From Eledone cirrhosa (taxonomy: Eukaryota), in the NCBI GenBank assembly GCA_964016885.1, contig OZ024748.1, positions 18,228,001-18,292,000 of the forward strand: a DNA stretch of 64,000 nucleotides, in the 5' to 3' direction. The notes below the pieces were generated by a model. That model had not been told where the DNA came from. It saw only the letters and a list, made by a program, of their open reading frames with translations, and did no database searches. Every line of letters starts with the position of its first letter. Within the stretch, counting starts at the first letter, position 1. The translations under genes were made by a program, and so were the position numbers. Below, in pieces: positions 27,001 through 40,695 of the stretch.

Positions 27001-28460
27001 GTAAAATAGTGATTTCTATCATTTACGCCCAAAGGTCACACATTTCTGTGGCGTAATAAGGAATGGCTGGAGATGATATGGATTTGGGTACTTAGTTTAT
27101 CAACCTTGGTTTGTCATGATAACTGAGACGACGTTTGTTGAGCCTCTATATTGTTTATACCTGGAGAGGAGATGGGCTCCACCAGGTTTTTAAATACCTC
27201 AGAAATGCCGTATTTCAATACGGCGTCCATACGTCGTATGCCTTAAGAGTTAGTTACGGAACCATACATACATATATAGTTTATAATTGTTTCTACTTTT
27301 TGGCACAAGGCCAACAATTAACAGTGTATTACTGGTACTTTATTTTATCGACCGACCCCGTAAGGATGAAAGCCAAAGTTAACATCAGCGGGATTTGAAC
27401 TCAGAATGGAAAGGGTCGTAACTCTATGCGTCAAAGCATGGCATCTGACCCTCTACCGATATATATAGTTTATAATTAATAACAATTGTCTCGTGTGGTT
27501 CTCTGTTCAATCCCGCCCTACGGCAACCATTGTCTTCTGTATAATCAGGTTGACTAATTCCTTGTGAGTGGAAGTATTTAGTAGATGGAAACTGCAGAAA
27601 CCCATTGTGTGTGTCTGTGTCTACGTCTGTGTCTCTGTATGTGTGTTTATGTTTACGTTTGTCTGCGTGTGTGTGTGTGTGTTGGGGGGGGGGGGGGTCT
27701 TTGTTTACGTTTGCATCTTTGTGTGTGTTTATGACCCGTAACTTAACGCTTCGACAAACACGAAAGCGATAAAATAAGTACCAAAAATAACTGAATAAGC
27801 GTGAATATGATCAACAAATTAAAGGCGGTGTCCCAGCATGGCCGCAGTGTTATGACGGAAACTCGTTAAAAGAATAACTTATTCCACCATTTTATTATGA
27901 TTTCTTCGGATTGGTTTCAATATTAGAACTGTGTATGTATGTATGTATGTATGTATGTATGTATGTATGTATGTATGTATGTATGTATAACAACAAACGA
28001 TGTATATACACTGTGTCTGTGTATACATGTATATAAACAAATGATGTATACATTAAGCCGGAAGACCCAGTAACTGTTATAAATGAACTTGTGATATATA
28101 ACTGACATGGTGAAACTTTAAGTAGCATGGGTCATGCATCTATTATGTACTAATATATATGTTTATATAGTATTAAGGATACTATTTATGGTTATGTATA
28201 TACTAAAACCTTTGTATGTAAATTACCATGCTATATTATTATAATGGATGTCAACCCACTGTGGGTCAATATATACATATGTTTCTATATGTCTCTTGTG
28301 TTGAAAAGGAGGTCAAGTATGTTAAAAATCACTGAATAATTGCTCCGAAGACTCCAAACCTCGGTTTGGAAGAAACAATTGTAAGCAGATAAATGATTTA
28401 AACAAAACTTTGTTTCATGTAATCTCTATATGTTTATATATGTATTGATACCTTAACATA

Positions 28461-28508
<48 letters not shown>

Positions 28509-28563
28509 GAAGTATTTCCGTAGGAAAAGTAAAGGAAAAGAGAGTGCTCTATGTAGGCTACAG

Positions 28564-28633
28564 ATTATTTTTCTGATGAATGAAGACAGACATAAATATC
28601 TGTCTTCAAGAAACCACTGGTAAATGAAATAAT
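28564..28633 (+). ncRNA. Hammerhead motif
   Basis: ATTATTTTT-CTGATGA-A-TGAAGACAGA(CATAAATA)TCTGTCTTCA-A-GAAA-CCACTGG-TA-AATGAAATAAT. 10-bp stem II. Confidence 0.7.
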
Positions 28634-28795
28634 TATCTTATGTTGTTTATTAGATAACTATATATATATATATAATGTGTATGTAATTGTTAATAATGGA
28701 GGGTGTTTATTTGTAAGTTTCGCCAACGTGATATATATATACACACACGCACACATGTATGTATATAGATTAGCACACCTCTCTCTCTCTCTCTT

Positions 28796-28844
<49 letters not shown>

Positions 28845-29061
28845 CCAAATCTTATCTAGGCAATCAAATCTGCCTTGTGATAAGACATACACATACACAC
28901 AGCGATACACACAATATACAGTGAGTGTATGTAATTGTGTGTGAATGCATGTCAGTGCCTTCTGCACTTTTAACAGTCACTAAACACACGATTCCATTCT
29001 ATCTTCTTTCCCTTGAAACTCAAGACATTGTGATGACGTAACTGCCCGCCTCATCAGCCAA

Positions 29062-29097
<36 letters not shown>

Positions 29098-29180
29098 GGA
29101 GGTGAGTTTTATTGTAGTACAATAAAGCAATGCAGATATCGGATAAGAAGCACTCTACAGTTTGTAGGACTGGAGTATAC

Positions 29181-29516
29181 ATAATATAAGATCAAAAGAT
29201 GGTTAAAGGAGTTCCATGTATTTTATTATGCGCATTTCAAAAACAAACATCATCATGCAATAATATTTGTGTTTTCATCAGATAAAACAGGAGAACATGA
29301 TATGAAGGCTAAAAAACACTTGTGGATAGTGCAGTTTTAAATCAACATATGTTGATTTAAAACTGCACTATCCACAAGTGTTTTTTAGCCTTCATATCAT
29401 GTTCTCCTGTTTTATCTGATGAAAACACAAATATTATTGCATGATGATGTTTGTTTTTGAAATGCGCATAATAAAATACATGGAACTCCTTTAACCATCT
29501 TTTGATCTTATATTAT
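29181..29516. repeat. 336-bp spacerless palindrome with a hammerhead on each strand
   Basis: Centre AACAT|ATGTT at 29348/29349. No mismatches seen between the arms. Confidence 0.95.
29409..29478 (+). ncRNA. Minimal hammerhead motif (mirror copy 29219-29288 on -)
   Basis: GTTTTAT-CTGATGA-AAACACAAATATT...GATGTTTGTTTTT-GAAA-TGCGCA-TA-ATAAAAT. A damaged sibling is at 5315-5377. Confidence 0.85.
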
Positions 29517-30647
29517 ATATATATATATCACCACCTTAACTTCTATCACACCCGCCACCACCACTACTTTATTATCATCATCATCACAACGTTCACTACC
29601 ACCACCACCAGTTCATCTTCATGCTCCTACCACCTCTTCCACCACCACCACCTTAAGCAATATCACCACCACCACCACCATTATTAATCACCAAATACCA
29701 CCAAAAATGCAGTTTTCCCAAAACAGCTTTGCCACCACCACTACTACTAGTACCGTCACCATCATCACCACCATGGCAGCTAGCATCACTATCTTCACAA
29801 GTACAGTACTACTAACACACCACCACTCTAATTAACCACCTCTATCGCTACCATCGCCACCACCACCAATACTATCATCATGTCCACCACTATCACCATC
29901 ACCGCCATCATGACCAACACTAATACCACCATAGACCCTACCACAACTGTTTTCCACTAAACAATCCATACTCACCCACATCAAATCATGTGACGGGTCA
30001 CAACACAATACAACCCCCTCTACCACTTTGAGTAATTCCACAACATGGCTACATGGCAAAGATTCTTTATTGATCACAAGAAATTAGTATTTAATTGAAT
30101 TATACAAATTTCTATCAAACTGTGACCCTTTGAGGTTCAGTAATATGCTCCCCCATTTCTGAGGTCTGCTCCCTAGACAGATGTATAGTTGGTTTTAATA
30201 GTAGCACAGGCCCTGATCATACCTGAAAATTAACTAACTCTTTGTAATAAACTATAACTGAATTATCTGTTTCAATATTATATTTGGTTCTTCCTTTAGC
30301 AGTCATAAGAGTGTTGGCTATCTGTTCCTACCGTCTGGACTCTGAGTTCAAATCATGTCTAGGTCCTTTTTGCCTGTTAACCTTCTAGGGCAGAGGTATT
30401 CAGAGGGTCACATGTTAACCTTCTAGGGCAGTGATACACCAGTCCATCGCGAGGTTAAACGCCCAGCTATTGTAGATGGTACTCATGTTCAGCTGAGTTT
30501 ACTGGAGCAACTTAAAATGAAGTGTTTTGCTCAAGAACACAACACACAACCCAGTCCAGGAATCGAACCCATGACATTATGATCGTAAGACCCTTACCAC
30601 TAAGCCATGCGCCTCCACCACAGGAAGAGCGAAAAATATTAAATAAT

Positions 30648-30831
30648 TGTTTCTACGTTTGGCACAAGGCCAGCAATTACCCAGTGCATTACTGGTACTT
30701 TATTTTATCGACCCCGTAAGGATGAAAGGCAAAGTTAACCTCGACGGGATTTGAACTCAGAATGGCAAGAGCCGTAACTCTATGCGTCAAAGCATGGCGT
30801 CCGACCCTCTACCGATACTGCCAATCCACCG
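30648..30831 (-). mobile_element. SINE family A, near full length, with TSD
   Basis: A and B boxes present. Flanking direct repeat AAAAATATTAAATAAT. Confidence 0.9.
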
Positions 30832-31913
30832 AAAAATATTAAATAATGATAAAAAGAGAATAAGGGAGTGGAAAATGAGGGTCAGACTCTACACCCCTAG
30901 CTAGGTGATATATTTCAGCTGCACCCCACCCTCATGCGCGGACACAGTGGTGTAAGTATTTTTACAGAGAACAGCCAGCGACACCAGCTGTAAAATATAT
31001 ATAGGTATGGAGAAGGATTACGTGATTGAATGTTTGTAAGACCGTCCGCCGCCTAAGAGGGGCTCCGTGACAAAATATGTTAAGGAACAACAGATAAATA
31101 TATATATATATGAGCTATGTGGTGACGTAAGGTGTTTGCGGTGATGGTGGTGGTGAGGGGAGGGGTCTGTTCATAATGCAGCTGTTGTCGGTGGAGTCTT
31201 CATAATACAGCTAGTGGTGGTGGTAGGTGAGTGGGGGGTTGTTTGTGTCTGTGGGGATGACGGTGGTGGTGGGGTCGTTTATAACTCCATTAGCTGTTAG
31301 TGGTGGTGGCGAGGGGAGGCGGCTCTGTTCATAACTGTTGTTGTTGGTGGTGGTGAAGGGGGATTATGTTCATAACATAGCTGTTGGTGGTGGTGGTGGG
31401 AGAGGTGTTAGTCTTTTCATAACTGTTATTGTTGATGATGATGGTGTTGTGTCTGTTGTTGTTGCTACTGAGCGAGTCATTATTGTCATCTCACCTTGTT
31501 ATTATTGTCCTATCTTGTTTGTTCGTTCTATATTTTGAACCTCTCTCTCCTCCTCCTCTTGTTTCATCTCTCCCTCTCTGTCTATATCTATCTATCTCTC
31601 CCTATAATCGCTCTCTCTCACTCTTCCCCCCCCCCTCCTCATATTTAAACATGTATAAGAGTACTTTTATACATAAGAATCCCCGCCTCCAGTCATATTC
31701 TATTTATGATTAGACCATCACCAACATTACCACCACCACCGACACCACCATTACCACCACATGTCACCGACACCGCACCATTACCACATGTTAACGACGA
31801 CGCCACCATTTCTACATGTCAACGACACCACCATTACCACGTGGAAACGACACCGCCACCATTATTACTGGGTAATTGCTGGCCTTGTGCCTAATGTAGA
31901 AACAATTATTACC

Positions 31914-32103
31914 ACGGTAGATTGGCAGTATCGGTAGAGGGTCGGACGCCATGCTTTGACGCATAGAGTTAAGGCCCTTGCCATTCTGAGTTCAAATCCA
32001 GCCGAGGTTAACTTTGCCTTTCATCCTTATGGGGTCGACTAAATAAAGTACCAGTAATACACTGGTTAATTGCTGGCCTTGTGCCAAAAGTAGAAACAAT
32101 TAT
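31914..32103 (+). mobile_element. SINE family A
   Basis: TGGCAGTATCGG...GAGTTCAAATCC...GCCTTTCATCCTTATGGGGTCGA...AGAAACAATTATT. Other copies at about 2262, 6100, 16630, 19040, 22810, 24045, 26464, 27286, 34360, 34710, 40765, 43298, 44393 and 55675. Confidence 0.9.
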
Positions 32104-32460
32104 TACCACATGTCAACGACACCACCGCCACCATAACCACATGTCGAGGACACCACCGCCACCATTACATGTCAACGACACCACCATTACCACATGTTAA
32201 CGACGTCACCATTACAGCGCAGTTCACCGATACCACATGTCGAGGACACCACCGCCATTATTACCACATATCGACGACACCACCGCCATTATTACCACAT
32301 GTCAACGCCATCACCGTCATTATTACCACATGTCAACGACACCACCGCCACCATTACCACATGTCAACGACACCACCGCCACTATTACCACATGTCAACG
32401 ACACCAACGCCACCATAACCTCATGTCGAGGACACCACCGCCACCATTACCACATGTCAA
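32101..32460. repeat. About 31-bp minisatellite
   Basis: (TACCACATGTCAACGACACCACCGCCACCAT)n variants, also at 31750-31865. Confidence 0.9.
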
Positions 32461-32874
32461 CAATAACAATACTTCATGTTCACTGTAACCGTTGCACCGC
32501 TATTTAATGCTACTGATGATGTTTAGCCTTAGGTCAGTTCTTAAACAAATCTTAGGATCAAAAGACACTCCAACAATGGCCATCTCTATCGTTACCTCCC
32601 CATCCTCGTCCTACCAGATGCAGTGTATCTAGGATCAACATTATCTAATGTGTCCCTTCCCCTATTTAAGACAGTGGTGGTGGTAGGAGTGAGGAGGGAT
32701 TTGAAAGCTTTAGCTGCTATGTCTAGCATGTCTAACACAAAATAAAAAAATACATTATTGCTGTCGTTGAAATATTGTTGATGTCATAGCTGTTGATGTT
32801 GTTGTCATAGTCGATGATGTTGTTGACATAGCTGTTATTGTTGTTATTGTTAATCTTACCACTGTTTGTTGTCA

Positions 32875-33630
32875 CTGTCGTTATATAACAGTTATATACA
32901 CCAACCATGATGCTATATAACAGTTATATATACCAACTATGATGCTATATAACAGTTATATATACCAATTGTCATTATACACCAAATATGTCGTTATATA
33001 ACAGTTATATACAACTATGATGCTATATAAAAGTTATATATACCAACTATGATGCTATATAAGTTATATACACCAACGATGTCGTTATGTAACTGTTATA
33101 TATGCCAATATATAACAGCTATATACAGCAACTGTCGTTATATAACAGTTATATACACCAACGATGTCGTTATGTTATATACACGAACGATGTCGTTATA
33201 TAACAGTTATATACCCCAACGATGTCATTATATAACAGTTATATATATCCACTGTGGTGTTATATAACAGTTATATATACAAATGATGCCGTTATATAAC
33301 AGTTATATATACCGGCTATGTTATATATATATATACCAACTATTTCGTTATATAACCGTTATATATACCATTATGTCGTTATATAACAGTTATATATACC
33401 AACAATGTCGTTATATAAGTTATATATGCCAACTATGATGTTATATAAGTTATATATACCAATTATGTCGTTATATAACAGTTATATACACCAACTGTCG
33501 TTATATAACAGCTATATATACCAATTATGATGTTATATAACAGTTATATACACCAACTATGATGCTATATAAGTTATATATATATATACCAACCATGATG
33601 TTATATAACAGCTATATATACCAATTATGA
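32875..33630. repeat. About 32-bp AT-rich minisatellite
   Basis: (TATGTCGTTATATAACAGTTATATATACCAAC)n variants. Confidence 0.9.
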
Positions 33631-33951
33631 TCAATATATATAAAACTGAGGATGTCTGTCTGTGTGTGTGAGTTTGAATCCCTAAAACTCGAGAACCACC
33701 CAACCGACTGTTTTCAAACTTTACACATGCAATACTTATGTTTCAGGGAGTGTTATGCACATTAAAAAATTCAACTTTTTGACCCCCTAGGGCCCGCATT
33801 AGTTGAAAAACTGCGTTTTTTTTTCAGGTTTTTAGGTTTTTTTTGAGACGTTACGTCTAGCCGATTTTCCCGAAATTTCAAGGCATATTATGCACATAAA
33901 AAAAATTCATTTTCTTGGTCCCCTAGGGCCCGCTTTAGGTACCACTGCTAG
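33631..33951 (+). mobile_element. Non-autonomous Helitron-like element
   Basis: 5' TCAATATATATAAAA and 3' CTAG. Inserted between A and T of a minisatellite unit (CCAATTATGA|TGTTATATA) with no TSD. Confidence 0.75.
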
Positions 33952-34898
33952 TGTTATATAAATGGTTATTTAGAGTTTGTTCACGCGTTGTATATAACTC
34001 TCGTGTTTATGTTGTTACTGCGTATGCGTCGGGTGTATAAATGTGTCTGTAGATGCACACATTTTTGTACGTCTGTGTGTGTTTGCGTATGTTGTTTATA
34101 TCAAGTGTTTGAGTGCATGTACGTGTGTGTAAGTTTAAGTTTGCGTGGGTTTGTATGTGTATATTTGTATCGATATGTATTATCGATAAGGATTTCTTAA
34201 CTATAGTTGTTATGTTCATACCATCTAATGACGTCGCCGATTACATTGCGTCATGATCAGATGACATGATTGACCACAGAAATACGTATTATGCGACAAT
34301 AAAAAAATTATTGGAATCCGCCTTCACACGTTTTTCATTGAAGAAAAAGTTGGTATATTCAGCTTTGCCTTTCATCCTTACGGGGTCGATTAAATGAAGT
34401 ACCAGTAACGCACTGGGGTTGATTTAACCGACTGCACCCCTTCCCCGCCTTCCCTTCAAATTGCTAGCCTTGTGACAAAAATAGAACCAATTATTATTTC
34501 ACCGTACTGTAACTTTAAAATAGTGAAAATACCATAGAAACAGTAAAACTACTATACAAACAGTAAAACTACTATACAAACAGTAAACATGTTAGGACAA
34601 GGAGCAAACAAACAGTATATTATAATTGGTATTAGATTACAAAATATTTGAAGTCATTAAATAACACCTCTAAATGATAAACATCACTGGTTATTATTGA
34701 CAGTAACCGGTAGAGTGTCGGACAATGTTTTGTGGCATAGAGTTATGTCTTTTTGCTTTCTGAGTTCAAATCCTGAGTTAACTTTGCCTTTCATTCTTCC
34801 GAGTTCGATAAAATAATATACCAGTAACACACTGGAGTCGATTTAATCGACTTCCCCCTCCCCCTAAAATTGTTGGCCTTGTGCCTAAATCAGAAACC

Positions 34899-34934
<36 letters not shown>

Positions 34935-35038
34935 AAGGTTAAACAAGGTTCAATGAATAAATCAAAGAATGAGTTTTACAATAGACTGGAAGCACTCCAC
35001 AGAATAGGTTTTCCGGAGTTATATATATATATAAACTC

Positions 35039-35124
35039 TATATATATATATATACATATATACATACATATATATATACATATATACATACATATATATA
35101 TACATATACATACATATATATACT

Positions 35125-35218
<94 letters not shown>

Positions 35219-35587
35219 CATATATATACATATATATATATACATATATATACATATATATACATATACATATATACATATATATACATATATATATACA
35301 TGTATATACATATACATATATATATACATATATATACATATATATATACATATATATATATATACATATATATATACATATATATACATATATATATACA
35401 TATATATATATATACATATATATATACATATATATATATATACATATATATATACATATACATATATATATACATATATATACATATATATATATATATA
35501 CATATATATATACATATATATATATATATACATATATATATACATATATATACATATATATATATATATACATATATATACATATAC

Positions 35588-35618
<31 letters not shown>

Positions 35619-35647
35619 CATATACATATATATATATATACATATAC

Positions 35648-35702
<55 letters not shown>

Positions 35703-35713
35703 CATATATATAC

Positions 35714-35744
<31 letters not shown>

Positions 35745-35779
35745 CATATATATATATACATATACATATATATATATAC

Positions 35780-35810
<31 letters not shown>

Positions 35811-35865
35811 CATATATATACATATATATATATACATATATATATATATACATATATATATATAC

Positions 35866-35962
<97 letters not shown>

Positions 35963-36063
35963 CATATATATACATATATATATATATATACATATATATA
36001 CATATATATATATATATACATATATACATATATACATATACATATATATATATATATATATAT
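35039..36063. repeat. 1-kb (TA)n/(TACA) microsatellite
   Basis: Pure TA repeat interrupted by CA. Confidence 0.99.
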
Positions 36064-36175
36064 CGTTTCTGAATTTGTTTATAAATTCCTAAATTTATAA
36101 ATTTATTATAATAAATTGAAGTGAAAGCAACTGGTGCGTGTGTTTCTTATTGGCAACATGACCCTCCCAAAGTAT

Positions 36176-36214
<39 letters not shown>

Positions 36215-36288
36215 CACAGTTCAAGAGTAGCCAATCTTAAAGAGAGATGGAGATAGGGAAGGAGAGATGAGAGGAGAGATATATATAC

Positions 36289-36328
<40 letters not shown>

Positions 36329-36783
36329 ACATATATATATATATACACACATATATATATATGTATATGTGTGTGTATGTAGTGTCCGTGTATGCATATA
36401 TGTATATGCATATATATATGTGTGTGTGTATGTGTCTAGTCCATCAAATGTGAAGGGTGGGGCAGTTTATGCTGATGAACAATGAGAGATTTCCAAAACA
36501 GCTTTTCTACGGCTAACTGGCAATTTGGAAAACATCCACAAGAATACGCATTAAAAAAACAAAGTGCTGAGTTGTTATGACTGTATATAATACAACCTAA
36601 GAAACAACGACCCAGGTTTAAATGTGAGTGGTTTGGAAAGAACTGGCAACAAATCAGAATAATTAGGGGCATTCCACACATAGCTTAGTGGTTGAACTGA
36701 CGATCATAATATCGTGGATTCGATTCCTGGGCCGGGCGGCACTTGTTTCCTTGAATAAGACGCTTCATTTCATGTTGATTTTT

Positions 36784-37305
36784 ATTAAAACACCCAAGAA
36801 ACCTCCTATGAGATACCTCGCAGGAAGCTAGCTAGACCTGTTAGGTGAGAGCTGTAACATGATAGGACTGGGATGTCTATCATTAAAACACCCAAGAAAC
36901 CTCTTGTAAGACACTTGTAGGAGGTTAGCTAAACCTGGTAGGTGAGAGCTATAACCACAACATGATAGGACGGGGAGTGTTCTGTTATTAAGACATCCGA
37001 GAACCCTGTCGGATGTAAACTGGTAGAAAGCTAGCTAAACCTACGTAGGTGTGAGCTATAACAACAGCAAGACGATAGAACTGGGGTTTCTATTATTAAA
37101 ACATCCGAGAAACCTCACATGGTTATTAAAACATCTGAGAAACCTCGTAGGAAGCCAGCTAAACCTGCATAGGTTTGAGCTGTAACAGCAGCAGCACGAT
37201 AGGACTTGTGTGGGTGGGGTGTTCTATTATTAAAACACCTGAGAAACCTCCTATAAGATACAACCTCGCAAGAGGCCGGCTAAACCTGCATAGGTGCGAG
37301 CTGTA
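36784..37305. repeat. Degenerate tandem repeat, about 100 bp x 5
   Basis: Recurrent TTAAAACACCCAAGAAACCTC...GCTAAACCTG..AGGTGAGAGCTGTAAC..GATAGGAC. Confidence 0.8.
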
Positions 37306-37326
37306 AATTTCATTTTTTATTCCATT

Positions 37327-37688
37327 TGGAAAGGATGCAAAATATTTGAAGAAAGAGCAGACTGAATATGCCAAGATGAAATGTTCCGTTACATGAAGGC
37401 ACCATTCCAAAGCTGCCTGATAAAAAGAAGAGAAATATGGAAATGTGATAACTTGTGGCTATGTTAATCACATAAAATCGCAGACATACTCTCACAGAAG
37501 GTATCCGTAGATACCTTCTGTGAGAGTATGTCTGCGATTTTATGTGATTAACATAGCCACAGGTTATCACATTTCCATATTTCTCTTCTTTTTATCAGGC
37601 AGCTTTGGAATGGTGCCTTCATGTAACGGAACATTTCATCTTGGCATATTCAGTCTGCTCTTTCTTCAAATATTTTGCATCCTTTCCA
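37327..37688. repeat. 362-bp fold-back palindrome, 4-nt loop
   Basis: GAAGGTATC-CGTA-GATACCTTC centre (loop 37506-37509). A diverged single-arm homologue is at about 38385-38500. Confidence 0.95.
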
Positions 37689-37746
37689 GTAAGCATCCTT
37701 TGCATCCTTTCCAGTAGGTCTGTCATAATTCTATATAGCGACTAAC

Positions 37747-38040
37747 TCAGGCTCTTCTGTACTTCTGGCCGAGGAGGGTAAACTTTCCAAATATCGATCG
37801 CTCTCCGGCAGGTTTGCGGTGGAGCCCGTAGCAGTGGAGACTTCTAGTATTCTTGGTCCTAGGGGCCACCTCCCTCTTCAACGCTATCATTTCAGAGTTG
37901 GCTACCCGCAGGTTTGGGCCTCGCGAACTGAAATGGCTCTTCCAGCGCGTTTCCCTCATCCTCTGGGGAAAGGCCATCTCCGTTCTGTGCGCCGGGGTTG
38001 CAGGGCGGCCAGCACGTGGGCCCCCATTTGGCTCATGATA
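37747..38040 (+). mobile_element. 3' end of a CRE-like (RLE) non-LTR retrotransposon
   Basis: GC-rich island reading AEEGKLSKYRSL..FAVEPVAVETSSILGPR, then a frameshift to ATSLFNAI..GPRELKWLFQRVSL. Confidence 0.7.
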
Positions 38041-38724
38041 GTGAGAGATGGGGAGAGACAGTGACAGTGGGAGTTTGGTTCCTTTGTGTTCGGACTTGGT
38101 GTATATGTATATATTTATTTGCGGCACAACATATTACATACACACACGCCAGTTGTTTTTAATTTTTGAAATTTTCTAACATTTCTTACTTTGTTATGTA
38201 ATGTTTTAAGAGACTATGAAATATAATTTATAAAAAAAAGATCTAGGGCTAAATGTGAGGTATTAGGAAGAAGAACTGGCAATGAATCGGAATAACTGGG
38301 GGCATTGGAAAGAAAGCCACATGTTAGAGGAAAGAGTAAGCTGTACATGGTGAGATGGAATATTCCGTTGAGAAAAAAAACCACGTGTTTGAGGAAAGAG
38401 CAGGCTGTACATGGCGAGATGGAATATTTAATTACATAAAGGCACCATTCCAAACATGTTTCATAAGAAGAAGCTGTGGAGGTATGTTAATCACCTAAAA
38501 TGACACAGGTGTGTTGTACCTTTCTTGGTTCCAACGACGAGTGCTCCGGTTTCGAATCCACGACCTTACGATCGTCATTCAGACACCGTTACCACTAAGC
38601 CACCTGTCCTCAATGGTACACTTACTCGCAGAATTAATTAACGGATAGCAAGTTGTTGTTTCTTTTTAATTCCACGTCTGCAAAAGTGCGGATGTCTAAA
38701 CCTTGACAGCAAAGGTATAATGTC

Positions 38725-38778
<54 letters not shown>

Positions 38779-39174
38779 GACGCACACAAATACACACACA
38801 CACATATTGAGAGAAAAAGAGAGAGGTGAAAGCAAAGCTTTGCAAAGGTATATGGCAGTGCTAAAGGATGGCATTGCGCGCGCGCGCACGCATCAACCAA
38901 TGAAAACAAGCCTTTCACTGTAAAGATATATGATAATACACAAGAATGGCATTCTACATACAGACGTACAGACAGACACACAGACAGAGAGTGAATGAAA
39001 GCAGTTGTGTAGAAATGGTTAATCTATTGTCTGGCAGCTGATCTGAAGTGTCATCTGAGAACACATGGTTATGACAGAGAACACAGTTGAACTAATCAAT
39101 GAAGAATGAGACACTTGTCATCTGATGTGAAGCAATCAGCATCATATATGAAATACTGTGTGTGTGTGTGTGTA

Positions 39175-39235
<61 letters not shown>

Positions 39236-39429
39236 TTGGAACTCCAAGGACTTATCCAGATTCACAGATTATATATATATATATATATAAAGTTTATCCT
39301 GGGTTCAATCGGGGGTAACCACAGTAAGTAAGGTACTCAATACAAAGCAGAGTATAAATATTTAATATAGAAAAGGCTTCATTCGGGAGAAATCCCGAAT
39401 GAAACAGTTCTAGTCCTGTAGAAGCCTTT

Positions 39430-39470
<41 letters not shown>

Positions 39471-39477
39471 ATATATA

Positions 39478-39592
39478 AAGGCGTGTGGCTGAGTGGTTCG
39501 CAATCGTGAGGTTGTGAGCTCGATTCCCGGACTGGCCGATGCGTTATGTCCTTGAACAAGACACTTTATTTCACATTGCTCCTTCTACATGG
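39478..39592 (+). mobile_element. tRNA-derived SINE family B (CORE-like), partial
   Basis: A-box TGGCTGAGTGG, B-box-like GCTCGATTCC, then TGTCCTTGAACAAGACACTT. Copies at 30480-30617 (-), 36680-36775 and 46022-46270. Confidence 0.7.
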
Positions 39593-39791
39593 AGTTGCGA
39601 GCGATAGATAGTATTAGCAATTTGAAAGACTAATGGAAACACTGCTTCCTCGGATCCGATTTGACGAAAGTCGATTGACTGTCCATATATATATGAGTAT
39701 TGAAGTTTGCTTGAAGCATTGTGGAATAATAAAATTGGTCATTTTGGAAACCTCAACAATGCAGATAGGTAAATCTCCGGGAATATATATA

Positions 39792-39844
<53 letters not shown>

Positions 39845-40169
39845 CCATACACATATATATATATATACACACAAGTGGAAGCTTAGTAAAATCGAAGCTT
39901 TGGTTGTGGCCAAATATATATATATATATATATATATATTTGGAGTTCCAAAGGGCTTGTCTGGTTTCGTAGATTATATGTGTATATATGAAATCGTGTG
40001 TATATATAATGTGAGACCGTCTATAATTTATTCTTTGATCCCAGTTTCAACCATTCTCACACGTGACTGTATTACTAACCATGATTCTATAGGGGGATCC
40101 TTTAATTCTATGGTGACGATGTCCTCAGGTTCCTCTACTTTTCACCATGACCATGTTTTGACGCCATCT

Positions 40170-40695
40170 TACCAAGTTAGAAAAGCACTAGCATGGTCGG
40201 CGTGCCACAAGCTACTGAAGGTGTGGAAGTCCGACCTAAACCGCGAAATCAAGGAACGCCTCTTCCTGGCAACTGTTGAATCCGTCCTGCTTTACAACAG
40301 TGAAACGTGGTCTATTGACAAAGTGCTATGCAAGAGACTTGACGGATATTACACGAGGATGTTGAGAATGGCTCTCAACATTTCTTGGAAACAGAAGCTG
40401 ACAAATAAGGAACTATACAGATCACTACCACCAGTCTCAAAAGAAGGTGCCTGCAGACGAGTGAAACTGGCTGGGCACTGCATCCGTCATACAGAAGAGA
40501 TAGCATCACAACTTGTGCTCTAGAAACCGGCTGTCGGACGAAGAAGCGTGGGAAGACAGGCCGTCTCATTCATTGATACCCTGCTGAGAGATGCCAACAT
40601 TGATAACATCGATGAACTGAGAAATGTCATGCTCGACCGGGACGATTGGAGAAGGCGTGCTGAATCTTTGCGAGTATAAACTCGGCCGAAGAAGT
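40170..40695 (+). mobile_element. RTE-clade LINE 3' fragment
   Basis: RKALAWSACHKL..VESVLLYNSETW..LDGYYTRMLR..LAGHCIRH..GRRSVGRQ..MLDRDDWR, with an internal stop. Confidence 0.88.

Noticed and set aside
31914-32000. A/B boxes as tRNA genes
   Set aside because: No cloverleaf. These are SINE heads continuing into a repeated body.
34881-36100. 266-403 aa YI/HI-rich ORFs on both strands
   Set aside because: Translations of a (TA)n/(TACA) microsatellite that simply lacks stop codons.
39633-40169. N-terminal half of the 296-aa ORF
   Set aside because: Chance read-through of TA repeats. Only the part from about 40170 resembles RTE protein.
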